Assembly: GCA_964016885.1 (NCBI GenBank)
Contig: OZ024740.1
Span: 163,742,001-163,806,000, forward strand
Direction of reading: 5' to 3'
DNA from: Eledone cirrhosa
Taxonomy: Eukaryota
Length of the DNA stretch: 64,000 nt
Each line of letters starts with the position of its first letter. Position 1 is the stretch's first letter. This document shows, in pieces, positions 38,073 through 50,163 of this stretch. The translations under genes were made by a program, and so were the position numbers. The notes under the pieces were generated by a model. It ran no database searches, was not told where the DNA came from, and worked only from the letters and a program-made list of their open reading frames with translations.

Positions 38073-38761
38073 AAACATATATATATATATGTGTGTGTAT
38101 ACCCTCACAGGGACATGAACATACTCGGTTTGGTGCCCGAGCATGTGGTTAGCCCACTGGGAGTGAATGACTTTTAGTTCTTGTTGGGACATTATTCTAC
38201 GAGGAAAACTCTGATGTAAAACCAGCGATTCAATGGCAGCCAATGATGTTGACCTGTTCTTCTTTTGGGATATCTGTCACCATTGTTCAGAGAGTGGGAT
38301 TGGTCCAGTGCAAGGTCTTTCTCCACTTAAAAAAGCGCAAACTAGAGGCATCTTGTTCTAAATGACTTCTATATGTGTTGTGTGAACATGATCTTTTATT
38401 ATTCTTTTTACTGCAGTCTGTGCACGAAAGAAAGTCAAGTTCGTGGCACCCATATGTGAGAAAAAGGTCAAGGGATGTCAGTTCTCGAAACTGAGATGCA
38501 GCCATTATGTATATACATATACATAATTGTTTCTACTTTTGGCACAAGGCCAGCAATTACCCAGTGTATTACTGGTACTTTATTTTATCGACCCCCGTAA
38601 GGATGAAAGGCAAAGTTAACCTTGGCGGGATTTGAACTCAGAATGGCAAGGGCCGTAACTCAATGTGTCAAAGCATGGCGTCCGACCCTCTACTGATACT
38701 GCCAATCCACCGCCCTCTAAATACATATACATAATGGCTGCATCTCAGTTTTGAGAACTGT

Positions 38762-38803
<42 letters not shown>

Positions 38804-38886
38804 CATATATATATATATATATATATGAAGTAATTCCGTCGGAAAAGTCCAGGAATGAAGAGTGCTCTATTAGGTAACAGAGCTTA

Positions 38887-39184
38887 ATAGTTATGTAATA
38901 AACAACATAAGGCAATTATTCCATTTACCAGTGGTTTCTTAAAAGCAAATAATTTTGCTTTCAATCCTCAGAATGAAAAAATCCTGGTCTGTTTATTGAA
39001 TTTGGATTTTAAAAACAAAAATGCAATCTATATCTAGATATAGATTGCATTTTTGTTTTTAAAATCCAAATTCAATAAACAGACCAGGATTTTTTCATTC
39101 TGAGGATTGAAAGCAAAATTATTTGCTTTTAAGAAACCACTGGTAAATGGAATAATTGCCTTATGTTGTTTATTACATAACTAT
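38887..39184. repeat. Perfect spacerless palindrome, 298 bp
   Basis: ATAGTTATGTAATAAAC...ATCTATATCT|AGATATAGAT...GTTTATTACATAACTAT, centred at 39035/39036; no mismatch seen. Confidence 0.95.
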
Positions 39185-40029
39185 ATATATATATATATAT
39201 ATTTATATATACACGTGTGTATGTGTACGTATATCATCATCATCGTTTAATGTCTATTTTCCACGTTAGCATGGGTTAGATGGGTTTATCACAATTAGAG
39301 GCAAGTTGGGTCGGGTGACCGTGTCTCGCTCATATAGGACTGTTTCTGACTGGTTTTCTATGGCTGGATGCCCTTCCTAACACCAACCACATTTACAGTG
39401 TGTGCTGGGTGCTTTTTGCCGTGTCTTTTACACGACCACTTTACAGTGTGGTCTAGGTGTTTTTTGTCATGACACCTACACGACCACTTTACAATGTGGA
39501 CTGGATGTTTTGTGGTACCAACATAATATATATATATACATATATGCACACATATATCATAATATATGCATATACATATTTGCGCATATATACATATACC
39601 ATACCTATGCATAAACCATATACATATATACACACATATATACATATATATATATATACACACACATCATACATATGCACATATATATATCATCACATCC
39701 TCGTTTAACGTCCATCTTTCACACTACATGGGTAGGACAGATTGACCCTTAGGAAGAAAATCAGGTCAGAGAACCATGTTTAGCTCACCTGGGGCAGATT
39801 TGGCTTGGTTTCTACACCTGGGTGCCTTTCCTAATGCCAACCACATTTACAGTGTGTGCTGGGTGCTTTTTGTAGTGTCACCTACACGACCACATTACAG
39901 TGTGGACTGGGTGTTTTTGTTTTGGAACTAGGAAGCAAGGAGGAAGCTTGCAGACATAGGTAATAGGGGAGGAATGATTACCACAAAGGGAGGTGTATGA
40001 GAGGGGAGAAGGTTGAGGAAGGTGTTGCC

Positions 40030-40350
40030 TACTAGGTATAAGCCTCAGCCTGAGAATAATAGAGTGCGGGTCTTCTGTAATACAGCTTATGCGAGAGGTC
40101 GTGGTCATGTGTCATTGCCTTTGAGAGGTGTAATTGTGCAGGGTCAGCTTTTATTACCTCATCCCAAGTCTTCCTAAGCCAGCCTACTCTGCACCTTTTT
40201 ATACAGCTGACATCCTTCAAGTGCATCACATGTCCATACCAATGCAATCTTTTCTCCTGCATGCAACAACTGATTGCTCTTATGCCTAATTCCTCACGCA
40301 GTTCATTTATACTTTGCCATTCACATACATATCACATCCAGCAAAGCGTG
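40030..40350 (-). mobile_element. Older RTE LINE C-terminal fragment
   Basis: QEKRLHWYGHVMH..RKTWDEVIKAD. An RTE APE N-terminal scrap (INVSTM..EIVEMLERRRIDV) lies on + at about 40515-40625. Confidence 0.75.
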
Positions 40351-40802
40351 GATGTGATATGTATGTGTGTGTGTATGTATATGTACACATACAATCATAT
40401 GTACATACATACATGTACGTATGTATATGTGTGCGCATGTGTGTGTGTGTATTCCTTTTGGGTCCAGAACATAGGTGCCAAAGAACATTCTAGAGTCAAT
40501 ATCAGGTACCAAACATCTGAGTTGTTAGTATCAATGTGAGCACAATGAAAGAAAGGTAAGGCAAATGAAATTGTGGAAATGCTGGAGAGACGAAGAATCG
40601 ATGTAAACTTTGTGCAAGACATGAGACAAAGAGAATTTGACTGCTATTTCCAGTAGGTCAAACACCCACCTTGAAGCTCCTTCATTGACTTGTGGTACCT
40701 TTATTTTTACAGTTAGTTTCTCATAGAAAAATCTTCAAATTTAGATAGAATTTTTTTTAATGGATTATTTATTATTATATATATTTTTTTTGTTACATCC
40801 AG

Positions 40803-40999
40803 CCTGTCTTTATGATGAGAGTGTTGAAGATGTGCAAGAAAAGAAAACAAAATCAGAACTGTTTGAGGATGTGGAATCAATAAGAATTTCTATCCTTGAA
40901 AAAATGGATGAGCTACATAACAAGCAAATTGATATGCATAAGAACTATGTTCCGGTATCAGTTTGTTTACACTTAGAACAATGTATAAAAGACACTGAA
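40803..40999 (+). CDS. C6orf118-like coding exon 5
   Basis: CATCCAG|CC TGT CTT (phase 1), ..NYVPVSVCLHLEQCIKDTE|GTAAGC (phase 0). Confidence 0.85.
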
Positions 41000-41941
41000 G
41001 TAAGCTTTGTCATTGTTTTAGTCTTTAATTCCTTATTTTCTTATTTTTATCTTCGTTAATGTTGTTATTTTTACATCTATGAGTTAGACTGAACTTTTAA
41101 AGGTAATGTTTCAGAGCTAGATGATCTTTATACTTGTGATGACATTTGTTCATTTTACTTAAACTAGAGTATATCATCATTTAACATCAGTTTTCCCTGT
41201 TAGAAAAGATTGGACAGAGTCTACTTAAGTGGAGCTATTAACCTCTCAGACGTGCCGGAGGTCTGTATCTCAGTTACTTTACTGAGTGTTCGGGCAGGCT
41301 GGGTGATCACATCTTGCTTACAAGACATTCCTACACTCAGCCGAGTGCATTTTATTTTGGCATCAGCAAAAGGGAAGTTGTCATGTCTTTAAAACAGCTG
41401 AAAAGTCCTCCCATGAATTGTATATATAATTTGTATATAGTCTAGTTTTAGTAGAATGAACATTGAGCAAGCATCATCACAATTACAGGAATAACTAATT
41501 TGAGAATATCCTCAACATGGACAATGAAGTCATAACAATTCTGAGAACATTAGTTAATATGGCAGACACCTGAACAAGACAAGAGTGTACAATGGCTGAT
41601 ACATGACTAAAACAGTCACGATAAGGACACTAGTCTGAATAAATCAGTGTATAACAAAATATTTCTGACTTTAAATTTCAAATAATTCATCGAATGCTGT
41701 CTAGTGCATCAGGAACTTATTGGTTAAGTTATCAACAAAAACACTATTATGTAAATCGGACTAACCGATTTAGCAGATTTTCAATATGCAGTAACTATAA
41801 ACAGCTATAAGTTATATCTCTATCCATGAACAGATGAAGTGAGTGTGTAGGATTTGATGACAACTCCATTTGTCCATGTATATTCAATTACACACTACAG
41901 CAATGGTTAAATTTATATTTTTTATCATTAAATATACCTTG

Positions 41942-42700
41942 CTATACCTTGCATGGGGCATTGTTCTGGTGAAACCTCAACTCTCCAATACTCCAATGCT
42001 GTGACTTTCTTTTCCTCATCCTCTCCTTGAACCTTTTCAGAACTTTGAGGTAATACTCTTTATTGATGATTTGTCCCTCAGGTACCCATTCAATATAAAT
42101 TAGTCTCTTGGATTCAAAGAAAGCTATGACCATGGCCTCTTGCGACTTGCTCATCTTTGCCTTCATGGGCCTGGGGGAGCACACATGCTTCCACTGGGCA
42201 CTCTGGTATTCACTCTCAGTGTCATAGACGAATACCCAACTCTCATAGCAAGTCAATACTTTATTCAGGAAACCAGAATCAGCCTCTATCATATCAAAAA
42301 TGTCAGTGAAAAATTACATTTGAAACTATCTCTGGCTGTAGGGAAGGATCTTTGGCACAATCTTGGCACAGACTTTGTGGAGTTCCAGATTTTTGGTCAG
42401 AATTGTCTCCACTGAGCCAATATTAATACTATCAACTTCAGATATCATCTTCACAGTAGCTCAACAAACTTGCATCACTAACACTTCCTCAATGTTTTCC
42501 TCTTTTTGAGTGCTGTTTGGTGGCTTCAGATCTGCATTCATTCTCAATCTGTTCATTTCCTTCAGAAAATCATGTAAACCATCTGTTGAAACTTGCTTTG
42601 CTCATCAATTCACTCTCATAGCGTTCTTGTTTGGTTTCCTTAAGTTTAACACAAAATTTGATGGCATAAAGTTGTTCTATGTTTGCCTGCATCTTGCCAT
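41942..42700 (-). mobile_element. mariner-like transposase fragment
   Basis: EQLYAIKFCVKL (N-terminus), KIVPKIL, LTCYESWVFVYD (for GDESW), PEGQIINKEYYL, HQNNAPC; truncated before the third catalytic D. Confidence 0.85.
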
Positions 42701-42903
42701 ATGTTGACAGATCAGCAAATCAAATCACACTGGTTCCATCACATACACCCCTGTGCACCAGCCTAAGCAGATAGGAAGTTGCCAGTTAGTTACTTTATAT
42801 ATTATATGTAAATCTATTTCAACATGAAATAACATTCTAATTGAATTATATTTAATGTCTCTGCTAAAATTTTCTCATTACTTATATATATATTTAAATG
42901 TAG

Positions 42904-43019
42904 ATGGAATTACATAAATTGATAAAACAAAATGAATATTATAAAAGCAGCACTGCTGAAATGGAAGGTTACTTGAAGGAAGCTATTGTGGATGCAGACA
43001 CTAGTGAAAGAGATGTCCG
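42904..43019 (+). CDS. C6orf118-like coding exon 6
   Basis: AAATGTAG|ATG GAA TTA; MELHKLIKQNEYYKSSTAEMEGYLKEAIVDADTSERDV; CG|GTAAGA (phase 2). Confidence 0.85.
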
Positions 43020-43162
43020 GTAAGAATTGTTTATATATCAAACTTTAAAGTTTTCAGTTAACAAGGAAGCTTGCATATTGTCGCTTGATACAAGAAATAA
43101 CACTCAAATCACTCCTAACTGTCTTTTAAAAAAATAAGATGGGGGCACATTATACAATGTAA

Positions 43163-44008
43163 CCTGTATATAAATTTGAGTGACTTCTGTCTGTTCTTCC
43201 GTCACACACTAGAGAAGACTGAGGAAGGAAGGGGTGATGACGTCACACACTAGAGAAGACTGAGGAAGGAAGGGGTGATGACGTCACACACTAGAGAAGA
43301 CTGAGGAAGGAAGGAGTGATGACGTCACACACTAGAGATGACTGAGGAAGGAAGGGGTGATGATGTCACACACTAGAGATGATTGAAGAAGGAAGGTGTG
43401 ATGACGTCACACACTAGAGATGACTGAGGAAGGAAGGAGTGATGACGTCACACACTAGAGATGACTGAGGAAGGAAGGAGTGATGACGTCACATACTAGA
43501 GATGATTGAAGAAGGAAGGGGTGATGATGTTACACACTAGAGATGATTGAAGAAGGAAGGAGTGATGACGTCACACACTAGAGATGACTGAGGAAGGAAG
43601 GAGTGATGACGTCACACACTAGAGGTGATTGAGGAAGGAAGGGGTGATGACGTCACACACTAGAGATGACTGAGGAAGGAAAGAGTGATGATGCCATGCA
43701 CTAGAGATGATTGAGGAAGGAAGGAGTGATGACGTCACACACTAGAGATGACTGAGGAAGGAAGGAGTGATGACGTCACACACTAGAGATGACTGAGGAA
43801 GGAAGGAGTGATGATGCCATGCACTAGAGATGATTGAGGAAGGAAGGAGTGATGACGTCACACACTAGAGATGATTGTTTGTGTGTTTGTGTGAATGTAA
43901 ATGTGTGTTTGTGTGAATGTATGTCTGTGAGTGTGTATTTTTGTAAGTGTGTCTGTGTTTGCACGTTTATAATAATATACTCATATACACGTGTTGAAAG
44001 AATTCTAG
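43163..44008 (+). mobile_element. Non-autonomous Helitron-like element, copy 2 (contains the 41-bp array)
   Basis: A|CCTGTATATAAATTTGAGTGACTTCTGTC...GTGTTGAAAGAATTCTAG|T, no TSD; termini shared with 12142-13171. Confidence 0.75.
43201..43876 (+). repeat. 41-bp minisatellite, about 16.5 copies
   Basis: Consensus GTCACACACTAGAGATGACTGAGGAAGGAAGGAGTGATGAC with an exact 41-nt period. Confidence 0.95.
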
Positions 44009-44275
44009 TCTCTTATATGACAAAAGTTAGAACATTCATAGCTGCACATTTGATCAAAGGTTTGCTTATTAGCACTGATGTAGGACTAAATAACAATAAC
44101 TTTTGAAGGGGTTTTGAAGGGAAAATATTGTAAATGTTAATTTATTCACAATGAACGCCCTCAGCAAATGTAATTTTATCTAGTTTATTTCTTAATAGTT
44201 TGGTTGTGTTAAACTCAACATTTTCCATTAGAACTGATAACAGTTTTTATTCCTATTTTGTGCAAGTTTGTTTCA

Positions 44276-46462
44276 TCAATCATCATCATCATCATCATCA
44301 TCAACGTTTAACGTCCGTGTTCCACGCTTGCATGGGTTTGGACGGGGGTAGTCCCACTTGAGGCAAGAGTGATTGTCTTGCTCGCATAGGACTGTCTGGC
44401 AGGTTTTCTACAGTTGGATGCCCTTCCTAACACCAACCACATTTACAGTGTGGGTCTGGGAGGTTTTTACCGTGTTGCCTACACGGCCACATTACAGCGT
44501 GGACTGTGTGTTTTTTTGTCGTGACACCTACACGATCTCATTTGTTTCGGCCTCGATGGCGCGGCACCAACATAACTTTACATAGAACGGGGTGGTGTGG
44601 ATGGGGTGGGGGTGGTGGTGGTGGGACGGGGTGTATTTTGTTAGAGATGCCTACTGGCTGGAGTAGGTTTTACTATATATTTAGGTAAGGCGGGTCTTCT
44701 CTGTTACTGAGTACCGCCAAAGGTCTCTGTCCAGTGACATTGTCTTGGAGAGGTGTAAGTGTGTGATGTCGGAGTTTATCAGCTCGTCCCAGGTTTTTCT
44801 AGGTCTGCCTATTCCGTGACTACCGTCTATCTTTATTGCCCTGCACTTTGTTATACAGCTATCGACTTTCATGCGCATCACGTGTCCATACCAACGTAGC
44901 CTTCTCTCGAGTAAACAACATCTGATCCCTCTTATCTCTAATTTTTTCCTTAGTTCGTTTATGCTTTGCCGTTCACGTATATTATTATTACACATCCAGC
45001 GGAGCATGCAAGCTTCGTTCCTCTCTAGTCTGCGTATATCCTCTGCACACAATGCCCAGGTCTCACTGCCATGCAGCATTGCTGTTCGTATGCAGGCATC
45101 GTACAACCTGCCTTTCATTTTTAGAGAGAACCCTTTAGCAGCTAATAGTGGTATAAGCTCTCTGAACTTTTTCCAACCAGTTCTGACTCTAGCTACAGTA
45201 CTTTCAGAGCACCCTCCCCCACTGCTGATTTTATCGCCCAGGTAACGGAAGCTGTCCACTATTTCTATAGAACCCTCTGCGCAATTGAAAGAGCTAGTAT
45301 TTTGTGGGCACTTGCTGCTACTTATTGCACCAGAGCACCGGCCACATGTAAAATCTATGTTCTTAGTTAGCTTACCTGTGATCCCACTACATCTTTTATG
45401 CACCCATACTTTGCATTTAGGACATAAAATGGAGTTTCTACCTACGCCTTTCCTACACACCGAGCACGACCATTTCCCAGAAGGGACCGCCGCCTTGTTT
45501 TCTTTCCTACAAACTAGTACTTTGGTCTTAGCCAGGTTAATTTTAAGTCCTTTTGACTCTAGGCCGTGCTTCCATGTTTGGAATTTCTTCTCTAGCTCGG
45601 CCATTGATTCCGCTATGAGTGTCAGGTCGTCTGCGTATAGGAGTTCCCATGGGCAGCCTGTCTTGAACTCCTCTGTTATAGCCTGAAGGGCAATAATAAA
45701 TAGTAGTGGGCTGAGAACAGAGCCCTGATGGACGCCAACCTTTACGCTAAACTCTTCACTATATTCGTTGTTAATTCTAACCTTGCTGACTGTTTCTTTA
45801 TACATGGCTTGTATAGCCCTCACAAGCCATTCGTCAACGCCTAGTTTTCTAAGAGCCCACCAGATAACGGAGCGGGGGACTCTGTCGAAGGCTTTCTCCA
45901 AGTCGACAAAAGCTAAGTAGAGGGGTTTACCTTTAGCTAGGTACTTCTCCTGTAGTTGTCGTACTATGAAAAGAGCGTCTGTGGTACTTTTGCCTGACAC
46001 AAACCCGAACTGCATTTCATCTAGGTCAATTCTCTCTCTGATTAGTTGCGCTATTACTTTTTCCGTGACCTTCATGACCTGGTCGATTAATTTAATGCCT
46101 CTATAGTTACTCCTATCTAGGGCGTCTCCTTTACCCTTATAACAGTTAACGATGATGCTGCTATGCCAGTCCTTCGGAACAACCCCATTCTGTACGACTT
46201 GGTTAACTATGCGGGTGACCATGGTGTGTCCCACCGTGCCAGATGCCTTCAGCATCTCAGCAACTATTTCCGAAGGCCCAGCCGCCTTACCCGTCTTCAT
46301 ATCCTTGATTGCCTTACTTATTATACTCCCCTCGACTAACACTGCTGGTCCCTCTATTGGGTCGATATGGGGGAGACTGTCTTTCTCCCATTTATTCTCC
46401 TCATTTAGTAGCCTTTCATAGTGACACTTCCAAGCTACCTTCTTATCACTATTGTCCACATG
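44276..46462 (-). mobile_element. RTE-clade LINE, 5'-truncated, with the RT-containing ORF uninterrupted
   Basis: ORF 44681-46540 contains KAAGPS, NYRGIKL, DLEKAFDRV, QGSVLSP, LYADD, a PHD-like CxxC..CxxC..HxxC..CxxC finger and RYLG; the 3' UTR ends in (ATG)n. The first ~25 residues of the ORF are flank read-through. Confidence 0.93.
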
Positions 46463-46517
46463 ATAGGATTCTAAGATTTCATATTTGTTGAGGTTAGTTT
46501 TACATGTCATTATTTCA

Positions 46518-47172
46518 ACGGACGCCATGCTTTCCAGCATAGTTACGTCCCTTTACGATCTGAGTTCAAATCCCGCCGAGGTTGACTTTGCCTTTCATCC
46601 TTACGGGGTCGATAAAATAAAGTACCAGTAATGCACTGGGTAATTGCTGGCCTTGTGCCAAAAGTAGAAACAATTATTTCAAAGACATGAGGGCAGTGGA
46701 TTGGTGGAATCGATAGAGCGTCGGACACCAAGCTTTTCAGCATAGAGTTACGTCCCTTGCCATTCTGAGTTCAAATCCCACCGAGGTTAACTTTGCCTTT
46801 CATCCTTACGGGGTCGATAAAATAAAGTACCAGTAATGCACTGGGTAATTGCTGGCCTTGTGCCAAAAAGTAGAAACAATTATTTCAAAGACATGAGGGC
46901 AGTGGATTGGTGGAATCGATAGAGCGTCGGACACCAAGCTTTTCAGCATAGAGTTACATCCCTTTACGTTCTGAGTTCAAATCCTGCCAAGGTTCGCATT
47001 GCCTTTCATCCTTAAAGGGTTGATAAAATTGTTGGCTTTGTGCTTAAAGTAGAAACCATTATTTCAAAGACATAAAGGCAGTAGTTTGGCAGAATTAGTA
47101 GAGTGCAGGACAAATTACCTTTGACAATTGTTTACTATATCCTGTTATATTCTGAGTTCAAATCCCACCAAG
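46518..47172 (+). repeat. Tandem array of about 4 SINE-1-type units separated by a recurring spacer
   Basis: ATTATTTCAAAGACAT recurs at about 46673, 46879 and 47058, each time followed by a SINE head. Confidence 0.85.
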
Positions 47173-48413
47173 ATTTTATTTATTTGTTTTGTCTTTTTGG
47201 AGTCAATGAAATAAGGACAGTTCACATATGTTGCAGTGGTTAAGGGGTGTAGTTTGCAATCTTCCAAGTTTAATCCAAATGCACGACACCTTGGATAAGT
47301 GTCTTATACCATATCCTTAGGTTAACCATTGTCTTGTGAATGAAATTTGGTGGATGTAAACAGTGTGGAAGCTTGCTGTTGTATATACCAATGTGTACAT
47401 ATGAAAGATGTAAATGTTGAAACAAATATACCTTATGGTATTTGTTCTACACAAGTTACACAGAAACTCCTTTGTCACTCTTGCCATAAGAAAATGAAGT
47501 GAAAAGTTTACTAGTGAAGCCATTGTTCACAAAATGTGATATGAATTTTAAAAATATATACTGCAGTTCATATAATCAACTGTGCCTACTCTTTAAATAT
47601 GTTAGAAATACTTATTTTTTAAGCATTTATCACATTCCAATTCTTCTATCTGTAAAGGTAGAATGCATCAAATACAAATCTTACTACTCATTCTTTTTTT
47701 TTTTTAATACTTGAAATCTTCCATTTAAGACAAAGTTTCTCATATTTAAGTCTTAACATCTTGCAATTATTTCACAGAAAATGTTTAAAAACTGGTTTCA
47801 TGATTAAAATGTTTATAGCATTTTTGTTTATAAATGTTAATATTATCATTGTGAAAATTTGCAATATTAAATTAAAAACTTTCATTTTTAATGTGATGCA
47901 GTCATAGTTCTGTTTTTTATTTTTCAAGAATGTTTTGCTAATGTGGTTTACAGAATGTTAAAACCTTAAAATGTTTATAATTTGGGGCTACAAAGTAGAA
48001 TGCACTATTTTAGCTACACAAAATGCAAAATAGAGCAGTTTGTAAGTGTTTATAAACAACAGATTGTTGATATATAATTATATAAATATCTATGATTTTC
48101 AGTTCTCTTAAGATAAGAAAAAAACAGTCCCATGGTACTTATTAGAAATAAATGCTCTGATTTCAAATATGACTTAAGCTATATTTGTATATACTGTTTG
48201 TATGTGCAATTCTCTCTAAGCATGGAAAAGCAAATGTAAAAAGAATGATAATAGTATCATCATCATCATCATCATCATCATCATTTAACGTCTATCTTCC
48301 ACGCTAGCATGGGTTAGACGGGAGTTGTCCCAATTTGAGGCAAGATTGGTTGGGTGACCGTGTCTCACTCGTATAGGACTATCTGGCAGGTTTTCTGCAG
48401 CTGGATGGGAAAT

Positions 48414-48547
48414 ATAAATTTAAAAAATTTTTACGTTGTAATGTGGCTGTGTAGGTAATACGGTAAAAAGTTCCCAGTGTGGACTGGGAACTTTTTACCG
48501 TATTACCTACACAGCCACATTACAGCGTAAACATTTTAAAAATTTAT
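48414..48547. repeat. Inverted repeat (~65-bp arms, 4-nt loop) inside an RTE-tail element
   Basis: TGTAATGTGGCTGTGTAGGTAATACGGTAAAAAGTTCCCAGT-GTGG-ACTGGGAACTTTTTACCGTATTACCTACACAGCCACATTACA. Confidence 0.92.
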
Positions 48548-48774
48548 CATAAATTGGAGTGAAAGCAACTGGTGCATGTGTTTCTTATTGGTGACATGAC
48601 CCTCCCAAAGTATAACAATATCGGTTTCAACACACGTTTTCAGATAAAGAATCTTGCTAAACAAATTCAGAAATGATATATATATATATCACCACCACCC
48701 CACTCTCAAGAGCGTGAAACTAATAAACCTTTGTTCGTACTGCCTCTCTGTTTTGTTCCCGTTCAATTTTTTAC

Positions 48775-48808
<34 letters not shown>

Positions 48809-48850
48809 GGGAGCGGACATCTAAAGCAAAAACATATATATATATATATA

Positions 48851-50163
48851 CAGGGTGTGGACAATATTTGTTCGCAATTTTCAACTGCTAATTTTATGCA
48901 AATTTTTTTACTTCCGTTGTCACTCTTGTCTTCATAAAAACAGTGACTATATTTCCATTATTTATTTTCAGAATAATTGATTATGAATAATTTTGAACCT
49001 CCAATTAGTTGGTTCGATAACTGGATGGATGTTTATATATTGTCAAAGCTCTTTTGTCTTGGAATCTGCGCCGGGAGGACAAATAAGGAAATTTCAGATT
49101 TTCTCAGCGTCAGCAGGAGAATGGTGGAAAAGGTCAGAAAGGAATTGGAAGATTCAGGATTCAACTACGAAGCAACATCAGAGAGGAAAACACATGATCG
49201 ACGATCTGACGCCTTCAGAACGCCCGAGTTCGTCGCTGAAGTTCAGGATATCATCAACAATGAACATAGCAAGTCGATGTGTGCCATTGCAAGGGAGAAA
49301 GGCGTGGATGAAAAGCTCATTAGGCTGGTGGTACATGAAGACATTCGTTAGATGAGGAAAGGACAATTTCTGTCAAAGGCGATGCAAGAAAAGTGAATGA
49401 AACACGCAAAGAAGCTGATCAACAAGTTGAAACACCCACTGGAGCCAGACATGCTGTGGTTTTTCTCCGACGAGATAAACTTCTACCAAGACCAGAAGAT
49501 CAACTCCCAGGACAACAGGTGGCTCACTGTCTCATCCAAAGACGTGCCCAGAGTCATGCAGACAAAGTTTCCAGCAACAACATTGGTCTTAGGTGTCGTC
49601 AGCAGTCAAAGTGACGTCATGCCGCCTCACTTCTTCCCTGAGGGCCTCAAGCTGAACACCAATGGTTACATCCGCGTTCTGAGCGAGGTAGTAAAGCCCT
49701 GGATCGACCAGGTAGCTGCAGGTAGGCCATACATGTGGCAGCAAGACTCAGCGCCCTGCCATACCAGCCGAAAGACCCAAGCCTGGCTGTCAGAGAACTT
49801 TGTTGACCACACTTCACCTGACATCTGGCCTCCCAGCTCGTCTGACTGCAACCCCCTCGACTTCTTTGTGTGGGGCGCAGTGGAACGAGACACCAACAGA
49901 TCTAGCTGCAATACGAAAGATGATCTGAAGGCCAGGATCACAAGTGCCTTTAGTGGCCTGTTTAGGGACGAAGGCCTGTTGCCAGTTCTGAGGCCGCCTT
50001 GAGGTCGTCATCAAAGCCAAACGCGGGTTTATCAAGTGAGATCGAAAGAACAAGTCATGAAGACAAACTGACCCAAGTTTGATAAATATATCTTAAAAAA
50101 TAAAACTACTGTGTTATTTTTTCCTAGACAGTAATCTTGCGAACAAATATCGTCCGCACCCGG
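48851..50163 (+). mobile_element. maT (DD37D) Tc1/mariner transposon, full length, transposase disrupted
   Basis: TIRs CAGGGTGTGGACAATATTTGTTCGCAA / TTGCGAACAAATATCGTCCGCACCCGG, inserted in a TA run. FFSDE..QQD-37 aa-D (NPLD). Stops or frameshift at about 49350-49396 and near the C-terminus. Confidence 0.92.

Noticed and set aside
43201-43876. CRISPR-like regular array
   Set aside because: Units are contiguous 41-mers with no unique spacers, the context is eukaryotic, and there are no cas genes.
44681-46540. Autonomous active LINE
   Set aside because: It lacks the endonuclease domain and 5' UTR, and the ORF start comes from flanking sequence.
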